A stretch of 64,000 nt of DNA from the human T2T-CHM13v2.0 reference genome, Homo sapiens (GCF_009914755.1 NC_060932.1), one strand, 5' to 3'; numbered from the stretch's first letter, positions 45,366-61,911 are shown. Notes: generated by a model not told the origin, from the letters alone. Numbers and translations are program-made.

Positions 45366-46825
45366 TGAATCCTTCCTTATAAGCTGTTTGATTTAGCATA
45401 GTGGTTTTTAAAGTGCAGGTGATTCAGTCTTAGGCTTCTAAAAGGTGACTCAAGGCACAAGGATCCAGGTTCTTTTTCCTTCAACTAGGACAGTACTGCT
45501 TTTATTTATTGGGTTTCCTTGAAGATTTAGTTTGAGAAATGTTTGAAAAATAGCTATTCTGAATTAGTGATAAACAACAAAGTTTGGCTTTGGCCTTTAT
45601 GTTTGTTTCTAAGTTTGGAAGGACAAATGTCCAAATGGCTACTTCAGTGTTATTTTTGGCATCCCTGAACTTGTGCACAGCCAAGGTGATGAATGATCAG
45701 ATACGTTACCATAAAATCTGCTGAATGTATAGATACTGTAACATGCACCAAGGCATATTGTTTAATTTATTGACAATATCAATATAGTCACTTCCAAAGG
45801 AGATACGTATTCTAGATATAGCCTGAAGCAAAAATCTCCTTCAGTGCTTTGTAGGATGATATTCTAGGAGTGAGGTGAAGTATAAATGTACAATTTAGAT
45901 TGCAAAATTAAAATGCTGTGATATTAACATTTGAAATACATTTTTACATTTAACTGAATAGTAAGAGAAAAATGTTAGCTAAGCAACTTTAAGAACAGCA
46001 TCATAAACTTACAAGGCAGAATACTAGAGATCATAAATCTGATCTCTGTTGAATTGTTTGGTATGTTAGCATTCATAGCATTAATTTTTATAAACTGAGT
46101 GCAACTTTTGTTTCATTCAATGCAGAACAGAAATATTTTAACATAATCTAATTTTAGCAAAGCTAAAGAAAGGTTTTCCTCTGCTTCCTTTAAATACTCC
46201 TATAGTCCTCCTCAATGAATATTAATTCATTAATTCAGTTGGCAGTGAAAGGAGTAGAATCCTCATAAAGAATAAGTCATACTCCACTAATCACCATATA
46301 TAACCTATTTTTTGATTTATCAGAAACACGTTCAAAAAGTTCTCAAGTCCCAAATTCAAGAGGGCAGCTCTAATTAGAAGGAGGGATTCCTTTACCAGTT
46401 CCACATCCTTTCTACCTTAACCCACATTTTCCATAAAAAATAACCTTATAATGAAAAGTCGGTTTCCACAACACTTCACAGACATCCATTTGACAAATAA
46501 GGTAGTTCAAATATTGTATACATTATGTTCAGTACATTATTTGTTAATTTTTACAACCATTCGTAGAACAATGATCATCATTTGTAATATTATTTTTCTG
46601 GGAAACTGTAGGTCAATTTTCAAAAAAAATATGTTTATAGTGATTATAAGCCCATAATATTTGCTCAATAAATGCTTATTAAACCACTAAATGTTAGAAT
46701 GAACTCTTAAAACACAACATATTTATAAATTGAAAATTGTTTGCAATTTAAGTTTTGATTTTAGTGACATCTTCTGGACACGAGAAGTTTTGCTAATATG
46801 TTACATATTAAATACACTGAAACAT

Positions 46826-47105
46826 GCCCAGGCAAGGTGGCTCACATCTGTAATTCCAGCACTTTGTGAGGCTGAGGTGAGTGGATCCCTTGAGCTCAGG
46901 AGTAAGACCGGCTTGTGCAACATTGTGAAACCATGTCTCTATGAAAACTACAAGAAACTTAGCTGGGTATGATGGTACACGCCTATAGTCCCAGCTACCT
47001 GGGAGGCTCAGAAGGTGGAGGCTGCACTGAGCTGTGATGGCTCCATTGCACTGCAGCCTGGATGGCAGAGTAAGACCCTGTCTCAAAACACATAGTGAAA
47101 CAAAA
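46826..47105 (+). mobile_element. AluJ with internal deletion
   Basis: ggtggctcacatctgtaattccagcactttg...gaggctgcactgagctgtgatgg. Confidence 0.85.
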
Positions 47106-47738
47106 ATGCAATTCAGCCTTTAAAAAGTAAGTTTCTACTTTCACAGAAACCTAATAGGCAGCCACAACAGCTCTTCTGGTATCCTAGCCGAATGCCTATT
47201 CATCCATATCTAAGGTATGCTTTTGCAATGATGACCTGGTTATAAGGAAGCAGAACTTTGAGTGGACAGTTAGTGCTATATTTGGAGATGGAAATTAGGT
47301 GACTGCTACTAATTGCACTTTTCCTCAAATTTTGTATTATTTGCATTTCTGCAAAGACAACCTAAGAGATCTCATTTATTATCTGCTGATACCATTGCTA
47401 AGGAAAAAAGCAGCAGGAAAACTCAGTACAAGTGGTTAAGAATCACCAGACTGAAGTGGAATGGGGAATTTCCTACATAAGAAACAGGTGCCTAAGTTCT
47501 AGTCCCAGTTCTACTATAATATAGCTGAATAGCAATGAAATCCTGATTTTAGTTTACTCGACTGTCAATGAAGAGATGAGGTGGTTAAACAAAATATCTA
47601 AAGTCCTAAGGAATTAAACAACTCTATAAATCGGTAATTCTATGACTATTTTTCTGGTCTGCCAAAAAATATTTTTAAAGTAAACAGGTTTATAAGTGAA
47701 AGTGTAAGTCTCCTGATCACTATTTACTTTCAAAATAC

Positions 47739-48340
47739 AGTTGATCTCTTTATTCATAGATTCCATATTTACAAATTTGCCTACTTGTTAAAATTTATTT
47801 GTTACCCCAAAATCAATACTCATAGTGCTTTTGCAGTCATTCATGGACATGCTCAGAGTGGAAATAAATTTGTGTTACTTGACGCACATGTTCCCAGCTG
47901 AGGCTGAACAAGGTGATGCTCTGCCTTCTTTCACCTTTCATACAACAAACAAGCATCCTTTTCATTTTCTATGTAGTGCTATGTTTCTGGCATCTGTGGA
48001 CTTTTTCTTAGTGACTTCACTGTTTAAAATATCCCCCAAGCTTGGTATACTGAGTGCTATTTAGTGTTCCTAAATACAAGAAGGCTGTGTTGTTGCCTTA
48101 TAGAGATAATATGTGTGTTAGATAAGCTTGTTATTATACTGCTGTTGGTCACAAGTTCAGTGTTAAGATATCTTTAAACAGAAACACACATAAAACAAGG
48201 TTATGTATTGATTGGTTGATGAAAATGCTGTGACCAGAGGTTCAGAGGAACCTAACTCCGTATTTCCCCCCAGAAGCAATGGTTCGGTATTCACTAATCC
48301 AGTGTTCACAGGATAACTACAGGGAACAAGAACAGGCTAC
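47739..48340. mobile_element. MER44-like Tigger DNA transposon
   Basis: ta-cagttgatctc...aaaatttatttgttaccccaaaatcaatactc...gatgaaaatgctgtgaccagagg...gaacctaac. Confidence 0.75.
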
Positions 48341-48714
48341 TCACAAAACATCTGTTTGAAAGTGTCATTCTACAAATGATTTCTGGCAAGCATCTATTAT
48401 GGGCCAGACATTGTACTGGGTGCTTGAAAAACAAAGATTAAAAAGACAAAACCTCAGATTCATATTCTATACTCACAGATTTCAGAGTATGGGTTTATTT
48501 TGATATCTTATTGAAATTTTCATTAGGTAGAGAAAAAAGGTTAGAGCAGCAAGTATAAGAAATTACAGAAAATCCTTGCTCTTGCTCAAATCAAATCATT
48601 TGGAATACTCTTCCTCTTAGCTCCATAGATCCAAAAATCTGACTTAGCTTCAATGCCAGAGCCCTGACTAAAAGTATTTTCTTCATTTTCACAACTGGAA
48701 TTCATAAATGCCAG

Positions 48715-50290
<1,576 letters not shown>

Positions 50291-50299
50291 TCCAGATGA

Positions 50300-51290
50300 A
50301 AATTAGCCTGGACTCCTCAAAAGGTTAATGAGAAGAAAATAAAAGAAGGATTATTCTAGATTAAGAGATTAAAGGAACATAACAACTAAAGACAATACAT
50401 AAACCTAGGTTGCATCCTGGTTCAAAAAAATAATAGCTGTAAGAAACATACTTGGGAAAACCAAAGAAATTTAAAAATGCACTGAACATGAGACCATCTA
50501 AATAAAGTACTGTTTCTTTTCTTACGTGTGTCAATGGCATTCTGGTTACATAGAGAGTATCTTTATTTTTAGGAGATGCATGCTGAAGTACTTTGGGGGA
50601 ATTATAATGGCATCTGCAGCTTATTTTCAAATGGTTGAATAAAAAATATATGATAAAATGTTAACTGTATTTAGGTGGAGAGTATAAAGAAATTCATTGT
50701 ACTATTCTTTGACCTTTTCTGATAGTTTGAAACCTTTTGTAATAAAAGTAAGAAAAAAGCAAAGGACAAACAACTCAGTGAAGAATTGACAAAAGACATG
50801 CACAGACATTTCACAGGACAGGAAGCTGTAAAGGCCAATAAGTGGTAAGATACTCAGCCAGCCATATTTGTCATCGAGAAAATGCAAATTGAAATCACAA
50901 AGCAAGCATTTTATTTCTACCAGAATAGTCAAAACTAAAAAGAACGAACATATCAAGTGTTATTGAAGATGAGGAGTAATGGAAACTCTTGCATGCTACT
51001 GGCATGATAAATACTCAATAGTTGCTATGCACCTTAAAACCCAGTAATTCCTGTCCTTTGGGCATACCTTGGAAAAATTCTTCCATGTGTGCTAAGAAAA
51101 TGGCACAAGAATATTGATAGCAACATTAATGTAATATAACATAATGCCAAAAAAATTGGAAACAAACCAATGCTGAGTATATTCATTTCACCATTATAAT
51201 TGTTATGGTTAATTTTCTTTAAAATATCACATATTTTTATATATACATATTTGTATGTTTAATATATTGCACAATAAAAGCTAAATAAAA
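50300..51290 (+). mobile_element. Ancient L1MC/L1ME 3' fragments
   Basis: ttttaggagatgcatgctgaagta; gagaaaatgcaaattgaaatcacaa. Confidence 0.6.
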
Positions 51291-51869
51291 ATGTGATCAA
51301 TTGCAGCAAATGCTGTTGACAAGTCAACCAGTATGAGGACTAAAAACTGACATCTGGATCTGGCCATGAAGTGCTGGGGTAAATGAAGTCTATCAAAAAC
51401 TATCTGTAAGCAGAAATCTTCTAGAACGAAAACAACTTTTTAATTTTATTTTGGAAAAAGGATACAGAAAAGCAAGTCTATTAATCTTATTAGTGAAAAT
51501 AAGCTTCCCATACCTAGCTAGCACCATATATTTTTCTAGGGGAAAAGATTTTTTAGAAGAGAGGGCAAAATTATTTCCCTTAAAAACTCTTTATATGGAT
51601 GTCATCACGTGAAAAGACATATATAAAAGTGAAAGTTTAAGTCATGGGGCAAATCAGGTTATTTCTGAGTGTGAAAAGAAGGGCTACTAATAATTTCGCT
51701 GGGCAGTGGCATAAAATAGGCTTGTTCCGGGTAAACTGATCCATACGGTTTTCCAGTGAATAAGCCAAATTCAGTTTTGGGCGCTAGTATGGTTTCAGCA
51801 AGAATGGAATACAGGATCCTCAGGAAAAATAAAAAGGGCCCTTAAACTCAGCCCTGTTAAACTTCATCA

Positions 51870-52247
<378 letters not shown>

Positions 52248-53049
52248 CTAATCATTCTGCAAAGACAAACACAGTAATTATTCCTTCCTGGTTTCCTGTT
52301 AGCAATATGACTTACGTTTTGTTATAAATATCCCAAAGATATATTTCCCTTTACGGTATGACTTTTTTTTTTTTTTTTGTATAACACATAATAGAATCTG
52401 GAGGGGCAATGAGAAGCTTGTAAGAAAGTAGAAGCTGTTTATGAAGGTCTTCAAAAACATTTAGAGATTATTAGGTACATTATATTGAAAGCTGAGTGGC
52501 CAACTGGAAACTGAAGACGATTCAGGAGTTCAATTCCTGGGGAGAGTTAAATAGAACAATGTAGTTGGGAAAGTACAGATGGGTGATGTGGAATAAATTT
52601 CAACTTTAAAAAGTTGCCTGAAATAGGTATCTTTAGGTTGCCTCAGGAATAGAGCATTGTTTTTACAGTCGTCATCAATGTATTCAAATTCTTAGAAAAT
52701 TCTAGGCCAGAAAGATCTCCACCAGATGCTTTCTCTATGCATATACACAAGAGGCTAAACAATGCTGGAAAAATAGAACGAGGCTAGCTGGTCTTATTTT
52801 AAATTTACTTATCACAACCTCAAACTAGTCTACATATAAGAAAAAGGCCAGTTTTTGTCCCCATCCATTGTAGACTAATAGTTTGATACTTAGAAAAAAA
52901 AATTTTTTAATGAAAAAAATACAAATGCTGGGCGATGTCAGATTGCTGAAAAAGGTTTTAAAATTTTTATTTTACTTCCTGTATTTATCTCATCACAGAC
53001 AGGCAACAAACAGCCCAAGGAAGGAACCATACTTGGAGCGGCACTGAGT

Positions 53050-53565
53050 TGAGAGTCATCTTAGACCGATATAACCCAAACTAACTCCTATTCTTCCACC
53101 TGAAACCTGGTTCAATCTCAGCCTTCCCTATCTCAGTTGATGACACACCCTCCAGTTGGACAAACCAAAAAACCTTGGGGTAATCCTTGTTTCTTCTTTT
53201 GCTGTTGGCCTATACTCAATATTCAGGAAGTCCTACTGGCTCCACCTTCAAACAAAACCTGACCACTTTCAACACACTCCATAGTATTTCTAGCGTGGCC
53301 TCTGCACCATCACGTCTCGCCTGGATTACTGTAACACCCTCCAAACATATTCTTTGCTTCTGTCCTCTACTAACCCCTATTTCTGAACAGTCTATTCTCG
53401 ACCCAGCAGCCAGAGTGCTCCTTTTGACACCAGGTCAGATCCTGTTACTCCGTGGATCAAAACCCTCCAAAAGGTCCCCATTTTACTCAGTCAAAAAACA
53501 AATTATTGCAAGGGCCTACAATGCCCTATGTGATCCACCTTATTACCTCTCCGATCTGCTCTAAT
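53050..53565 (+). mobile_element. L2 fragment
   Basis: ccttccctatctcagttgatgac...ctggattactgtaac...cagcagccagagtg...caagggcctacaatgccctatgtgatc. Confidence 0.7.
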
Positions 53566-53812
53566 CCTCTTCCCCCCGCCCCCCCAAGAAAGACATGAAA
53601 AGGGCAGATTGAAAAGAAGAGGGGACGAGTAACAGACGAACGACATTAAGTGCTTGCCAGACTGACGACCCTCTTGTGCTTTCCCAAGTCACCTCTTGGC
53701 CGAGGGTCTCGGCTTCCCTGCCGCCCCAGCTTCACTACTTAATCTGCCGGAACCAACGCTCTCCTTCTGCCAGTATAATGAACCCCATCAAGCCATAAGA
53801 GTCCGAGCTCAC

Positions 53813-53839
53813 CTGGGGCGCCCTAGAGAAACTCGACAT
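53813..53839 (-). CDS. MRPL13: MRPL13 exon 1, coding part (MSSFSRAPQ); mitochondrial ribosomal protein uL13m
   Basis: ATG at 53839-53837, donor CAG|gtgagc. The seven exons sum to 537 nt in frame. Confidence 0.97.
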
Positions 53840-54215
53840 ATTCCTCTACTAGCAGGACCGTACGTCCTTCTCCTAGTAGCCACGCCGGGTCACTCAGCCT
53901 TACTGGCCCGGCGGGAAACGCTAACACCCAAGCAGGACAGTTCCTAGCCCGTCGAGCACTTGTCGGCTTCTCCCTCTTCCTCGAGTTTCCTCCAGTCTTC
54001 TCCACGGCAGCAATTTCGTCATGAAAGGAGCATATAATGCAGTTATTTAGGGAATAACTCCCAAAAATATCTCGCTTGGTGGAAAAACTGCGGAAAACCG
54101 ACGGAGGACATAATTTCCAGCCGACCTAAACGAAGGGAACCGGAAATGCGTCATAGCGCGCGTCTGTTTGGATGTGGAAGCCGAGACCTAAAGTTGGGGG
54201 GTGATCTCTGAGGAG

Positions 54216-54333
54216 ATGGATCGGTACCTGCTGCTGGTGATCTGGGGGGAAGGAAAATTCCCGTCGGCGGCCAGTAGGGAGGCAGAACATGGGCCAGAGG
54301 TGTCGTCGGGTGAGGGTACTGAGAATCAGCCGG
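54216..54333 (+). CDS. MTBP: MTBP exon 1 ([39 protein letters not shown]); Mdm2-binding protein, Treslin partner
   Basis: ATG in the context gagATGG, donor G|gtaagc; recognisable MTBP N-terminus. Confidence 0.96.
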
Positions 54334-55177
54334 GTAAGCGCTGGGATGAGAAAGAGCGGGAACGGCTTGTGGAGAGGGGAAGAAGTTTGAGTTTTGTGAT
54401 CAAGTTCTGCTGAAGAGGGATCAATATGTAGTTGTCCCACGAAGCTGGGACTCTATCTGGGATAGAGTTAATGAGGGCTGCAAAAATAGCATCTTCATGG
54501 AAAAACAGGGACAAATTTGTGGATGCAAGATTCCAGCCCTTAGAAGTTCTTGGCATAGTAAATGTTTAACTTAATAAATTTTCTATGCCTTAGTAATGGA
54601 ATTTCCTGCTTTTTGGAAATATATGCATTTATTATTTCTGCTCCTGTGTTTCACATGCAAATAATACAGAAAGGAGCAAGATGGACAAAGATCTTGCTGT
54701 CCTACAATTTACATCTAATGGGAGGAGACATCCCACATATAACCTAAGTTTTAAAAACAAATGATGAATTTTAAATGATTTTAATTGTTTGCGATTGCAC
54801 TGCTTTTTGGTGCACCCGTCTAGATTCAATATTGCATTTTATGTGTTCATTTGTTTCGATCAGACAGGCATTTTGAGGAGTAAATGTATGTGGTTGTGTA
54901 TAAGGTATTGTCACAGAATTTCCCTTCTCTTTAAAATTATTCTTTTGAGGGGAATTTTGCATTCGTGCTAACTGACTGGCATGTACAGATCGGGAGCCTT
55001 TTCTATTTTCTCTGATTGCTTTAGATTTTCTGTATCAAAACTTGAACAGATCTTGAGCAGCGTTTAGTACTTTTATGTACAACCTACTGGTCTTGAGAGT
55101 CTCTGATGGTGAAATTGGACTAAGTTAGATTATGTAAATCTAGAGCCCTTTGAGTTAGTCTATCTTTTCTTTTTCAG

Positions 55178-55258
55178 ACTTCACAGCAGCAAATGTTTAT
55201 CACCTCTTGAAAAGAAGCATTAGTGCTTCAATTAATCCAGAAGATAGTACTTTCCCTG
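55178..55258 (+). CDS. MTBP: MTBP exon 2 ([27 protein letters not shown])
   Basis: 81 nt, ttttcag / gtaagt, phase 1 to 1. Confidence 0.96.
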
Positions 55259-56284
55259 GTAAGTATAATAAACTCCTCTTTTCTCTGGCACAGCATTTGT
55301 ACTGGAAATTAACTTAATTAATTTGGACCCTAAGGAGTACAAGGAAATACTTCTTGACTGTGTACAAGGCACTGAGTTACAGAGATAACTAAGGGAGTAC
55401 AAAACTGAAAAATAAATTACCCCTTTCTTCTAGATGCTTGAATATAGTAAAGTTATGAAAATTATTCTAGGTTCTCAGCTTGAATTTTGCTCCTTTTATG
55501 AAATTTTCTTGCCTATCTTAGTTCTGTATAACTAAGGGGAGTGTGGCTTTATGAGGATGATTTTATCATGAGTAAAAATATGTAAAGCTCCCACACGGAT
55601 TTCCTTACCATTTATTTATTTATTTATTTCTGTTCTTAATTACCTATTTCTGTTCTGATTCTCTTAAAAGTACTTAATAATTACTAAACACGATGAGCTT
55701 TTCTCAGTTCTTATCTGCTTTGACTTTTTGAAGTATTTCGCTTTTTTGACCAACCGTACTTTGTAAAAATCTTTCCTCCTTTAGCTTCTACTGGCATTAT
55801 ACAAATGCATTTACTGACTTTGATAGTTATCTTTTCTTTTATTCCTGCTTCTTGTCCTTTACTGGAGAATGTCCTTTAAACGTTCTGAAAATGGAGATGC
55901 CAAAACAGACCAATACCTAAAAACTGAAGGAAGTTTCTTTCCATGCAAGGAAGGGTCTGCTCCTTTTGATAATTTTGTAGTTCCCGTGACTGTACAATCT
56001 GCACCTTTCTCTTCTTTCATTAGAGAACCTCTTGTCTCTCGGTGTCAAATAACACCATTGGGGAATGATTTCTAATATGTGTATGCTACTCTAGCTTGTT
56101 TTCCAAGGCCTAGTAATACTCATTAATTTTCAAGTTGGTATAATTTTAGTCAATACCACTATTATTGCAGGAAAGATTTTCTTTGATTTGTACCTCAAAT
56201 GTATATGTAAAAGAGCTCTTGGGAGTATTCCAGGGGTTCTCATGATAAATTTTACTTCCCCCTTGCGTGTTTAGGGTTTCTTAT

Positions 56285-57561
<1,277 letters not shown>

Positions 57562-57599
57562 CGCTGAATTTCCTGCCATACTAGGATTATTGATTTCAG

Positions 57600-58750
57600 T
57601 AATATGGCAAGTTTGAGGGACGGAAAGTACAATATGATTATAATTGGGATAAGGGTGGAGAGGTAGGCATGGCTATTTAGAGGATTTTGTAAATAGTGTC
57701 AGGGTGTTTGGATTTTTTCCTAATGGTAATCAGCAGCCATTAAAAGCTTTAATTAAGGAGGAGACATGATCAGATCTGTGCTTTTGAGGTATTCTCCCTG
57801 CAGTATAGTAGATGGATTAGAGAAAAGTATAGCTATTTCTGTACTGGGGGATTCTGTAGAAGACCAAATGAGGAATGGGAGAGGCAGCCAGGGTGGAGGA
57901 AAGTGGATAGATCTGAAGGAAATTATGGGGGTAGAATTCACCTACCTTAGCGTTGAATTGGTATGATGTAGAAGAAGGAAAGGATGAGAAAAGAATCAAG
58001 GATGACATTAGGTTTCTGGTGTGGGTAATGGCATGATGGTGGCATTTAGTGAGAAAGAACCAGATTTGGAGGGAATATGATGTGTTCAGTTTGGAACCTG
58101 TTAATAGTTGCCTGTAAGATGCAAAGTAAGAAGTAAAAATGTAAAAATGTTTTACATGTTTACTAAAATAAAATGTAAAAATAAAGTAAAAATGTTTTAT
58201 AAAAGTTGGATATTTGTGTCGGGAACTCAAGATGTAGGAGAGGGCTGGAGATATTAGGTTGGTGCAAAAATAATGGCAAAAAAACCCAATTATTTTTGCA
58301 CCAATTAATACAAATTATAGAACCAATGTACAGATGTCAGGTGAAGGCATGAGAAAGGATGGGATTGCTTACGGATAGTGGGGAGAACAGAAAGCCTCAA
58401 ACTGAATCCCAGTATTTAGAAGAACTGAACACCAGTTTTTAAAAAGAATAAGGAGCAGCCAGAAGGATGGGTGCCACAGAAGCCAAGTGTTTTAAAGAGA
58501 AAGTAGTAAAATGTGTCATCTTTGATTCTTCTCTTATGCTGAGAGGTCAAATAACAACAGAACTAAAAACCGCTAGATTTAGTAACAAGTCAGTTATTGG
58601 TGACTTTGGTGAGTGTTCTTTCAGTGGCATATTGGAGACAAAAAACAGATTGAAATGCATTTGGAAGGAAGTGGAAAAGTTGATGAGGAAATGGAGACAG
58701 TCAGGTGTGGACAGTACCTTCAGAAGTTTATCTTTGAGGAAGAGCTAAGA
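57600..58750 (-). mobile_element. L2 fragments
   Basis: gaaagtggatagatctgaagg...aagaatcaaggatgacattaggtttctgg...gatttagtaacaagtcagttattggtgacttt. Confidence 0.65.
58254..58308. mobile_element. MADE1 (Hsmar1 MITE), internally deleted
   Basis: TA-flanked ttaggttggtgcaaaa...ttttgcaccaatta; perfect 16-bp inverted repeat at 58259-58274 / 58289-58304. Confidence 0.85.
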
Positions 58751-59753
58751 AAGTGAAGTGAAGATGAATTTAAAGGGACCCCTTTTTTTAAAAAAGAAAT
58801 ACTTTGAGAAACACTTGTGTGTATTTAAATGGCAATGACAAAGAACAGACAGAAGGGAGCAGACTGAAATGCAGGAAAGATGATCAGTGGACTAGATAAT
58901 AGAATCAGTGGTCTCAGAGGAGGTGTGGGGGATAACATTGAATTAGAAGGACAGTGCTTCTTACACGTTAAAGGGGAGGAAAGAGGAAAGATTAATGGCA
59001 ATACAAGTTGAGTTGTATCTTTCCTGAGAGGATGTTACAGGGATTATTACCTAATAGCTTCTATTTTGTTAAGGCAGGAGGAGTCTTCTGCTGAGATTGT
59101 TGGAAGAAAGTGGTAATAAGAATTTAGCATCTTACCTAGCTTCCTTCCATTAGTTAAGCCTCAGTTACCTTTCTTCTTCCTGTTTTGAGTCTAATTTCTA
59201 TACATAGCTCTAAATTCTTTATGACTGCTTGACACATACCCTGGGGTGACCCTTAATTTTATATCCTCATATAATACTCCATTCTCCAAGAAGAGCATCT
59301 TCCTTATCTTTAGACTGGGTTTGCTCTTTAACGCCTCTGTCTCTAGTCAGGCTGAACCAACCTGCATAGTCTTTGGAGAGGGAATTGCTTTCACTAAAAT
59401 GACTTACATGGTTTTGCTTTACTCAGTAGTAATTGAGTAGCTGTATTTTCAACATCTTTATGGTTGATTGTAATCTGTGTGAAATGATGATTAAAATAAT
59501 AAAAAATAATAATACGAAATTCTGAATTGTGACAAATGAAAGGCAAGTATTTATTGTGAGTAAAGAATTTTGCTCTTTAGGTAGATTGTTGTATTTGAAT
59601 TTTTAGTAGGGATTTTTAAAAGATCCACATATGTATGTTGGATAATTATGTAATATGTTTCAAAAGTTATGGTCTGTAAGTACGGTATATATGCTGTGTC
59701 ATCTGCTTATTTATGGTATGCCTTTTTAATAATAATGTGGTTTTATTTTCAAG

Positions 59754-59827
59754 CCTGTTCAGTGGGAGGTATACCTGGTTCCAAGAAGTGGTTCTTTGCA
59801 GTGCAGGCAATATATGGATTTTATCAG
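59754..59827 (+). CDS. MTBP: MTBP exon 3 ([25 protein letters not shown])
   Basis: 74 nt, ttttcaag / gtaata, phase 1 to 0. Confidence 0.95.
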
Positions 59828-59921
59828 GTAATATAAATTTAAAGATAGCTACTAATGAATGTCTTTACTAATATAAATAATTTCATGATCCATTATTTAA
59901 TACAATCTTTTGATTTGTTAG

Positions 59922-60073
59922 TTTTGTAGTTCTGATTGGCAAGAGATACATTTTGATACAGAAAAAGATAAAATTGAAGATGTTCTTCAAACGAATATCG
60001 AAGAATGTTTGGGTGCTGTTGAGTGTTTTGAAGAAGAAGACAGTAATAGCAGGGAATCATTATCCTTGGCTGA
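59922..60073 (+). CDS. MTBP: MTBP exon 4 ([50 protein letters not shown])
   Basis: 152 nt after a 94-nt intron; donor GA|gtatgctt. Confidence 0.95.
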
Positions 60074-60334
60074 GTATGCTTATATGGTTTTTGTATTATC
60101 ATTAAAATACTTAATATTAGACAGTTATTTTAATCCATGAGAATGAAGATTATATATTTTAGCATCTTTACTGAAGAAACTCTAGTTAATTGAAATTTTT
60201 GACTCTCAATTTGGGCCTTTTATTTGAATAAAATTCTTTAAAATGCATGTTTCTTAAGCTTACATAATGTCAAGAATCATAAAAAGTGATATTTTAATAA
60301 ACATGTTCCTTTCTTGAAGATAAATTCTGCCTAA

Positions 60335-60632
60335 TATTTTATTTTATTTTTGAAACAGGGTCTTGCTGTGTCACCCAGGCTGCAGTGCAGTGGTGCAGTC
60401 ACGGCTTGCTACAGCCTAGACCTGGGCTCAAGCGATCCTCCGACCTCAGCTTCCAGAGTAGCTGGAACTACAGGTGTGCACCACCACACCCAGCTAATTT
60501 TTGTATTTTTTTTTGTAGAAATATCATTTCGCCATGTTGTTCAGGCTGACCTCGAATTCCTGAGCTCAAGCAATCTGCCTGCCTTGGCCTCCCAAACTGC
60601 TGGGAGTACAGCTGTGAGCCACCGTGCCTGGC
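60335..60632 (-). mobile_element. AluJ
   Basis: ttttgaaacagggtcttgctgtgtcacccaggctg...ctgggctcaagcgatcctcc. Confidence 0.92.
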
Positions 60633-61300
60633 CAATAATGTATTTTAAAAGCTTGAATAGAAATGTTATTTAATGTTAATAGCTAGCATTCATACCAAAG
60701 TATCATTTTCATTTTGCTATTTGAGGCTGAAATATGTGACTTCTTTAATTTATGTGTATTTGCAGCATTTCAGGTACCTTTTAAAATCCATAGAGTTTGT
60801 GAGGATTATATGTACATGATTGAGTTCACTTTTAGGTTTTTTTCAATTGTGGTACAATATGTAAGTTGATCCAGGTGACATAAGTTGTGATAATAATTTT
60901 TCTCTTGATGAAATATCCCACCTCTTATAGTTAATACCTTTTATTTTAGTCTTTCATAACATTTCATGACAAAACTGCTCTTATTTTAGTATTCACATAT
61001 TATATCTGTAAGTAGCTGTAGACTTAAAAATTTTCATTTTCCTTTTTCCAGATCATATTTGTTTGTACTGATTAATAAAAGGAGACCTTTCCAAACCAGA
61101 GAAATATCATTGAACCAGGGATTAGTAGAGGTAGACTTTATTTACACAATCTTAGGCCAGTCACGTAACTTCTCTGGTCGTTTGTTTTCTCATCCATAAA
61201 GTATTGAAGTACTTTTAGATAATTTCTTAGGTGCTTTCATTTACCCTTAAAAACTCTTATCATCCCATATGTTTTCCTACCACTGTTAAAGACAAGTATA

Positions 61301-61603
<303 letters not shown>

Positions 61604-61911
61604 GGCAAGTATAAAAGTTTCTGATAAGTGACCTAATAATTATTTCCACAAGGGGGAGCCTGAAAACTAGAGTTTACATAAGATGCCTTAAGTTTCTAAG
61701 ACGGTGGGTTTATAGTAAAGGATTTAAGTACCTTTATGCTATATAATAAACTTTTTTGAGAAAAAAATTGCATCATATAGATAAAACTAATAAGTTTTGA
61801 AGAATCTGAAGAGGGCGTCATATTCTTTAGTCAAGACTGTTAAATACCATTCAGAGAAAAATCATGTCCTTTTTTATTAAACACTTAGCATTTTCTTACT
61901 TTTAAGATTCA

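Larger units (their letters stand above)
53690..54380. promoter_or_regulatory. CpG-rich bidirectional promoter of MRPL13 and MTBP
   Basis: Head-to-head ATGs 377 bp apart in the window's only clearly CpG-dense unique segment. E2F GGCGGGAAA 53910-53918; ETS ACCGGAAAT 54139-54147 overlapping TGCGTCA 54147-54153; TAGCGCGCG-4nt-TTTGGA 54154-54172. Confidence 0.85.

Noticed and set aside
54201-54215. Upstream in-frame GTG start extending MTBP (MISEE-MDRY)
   Set aside because: The ATG at 54216 has strong context and matches the known N-terminus; there is no evidence for GTG initiation.
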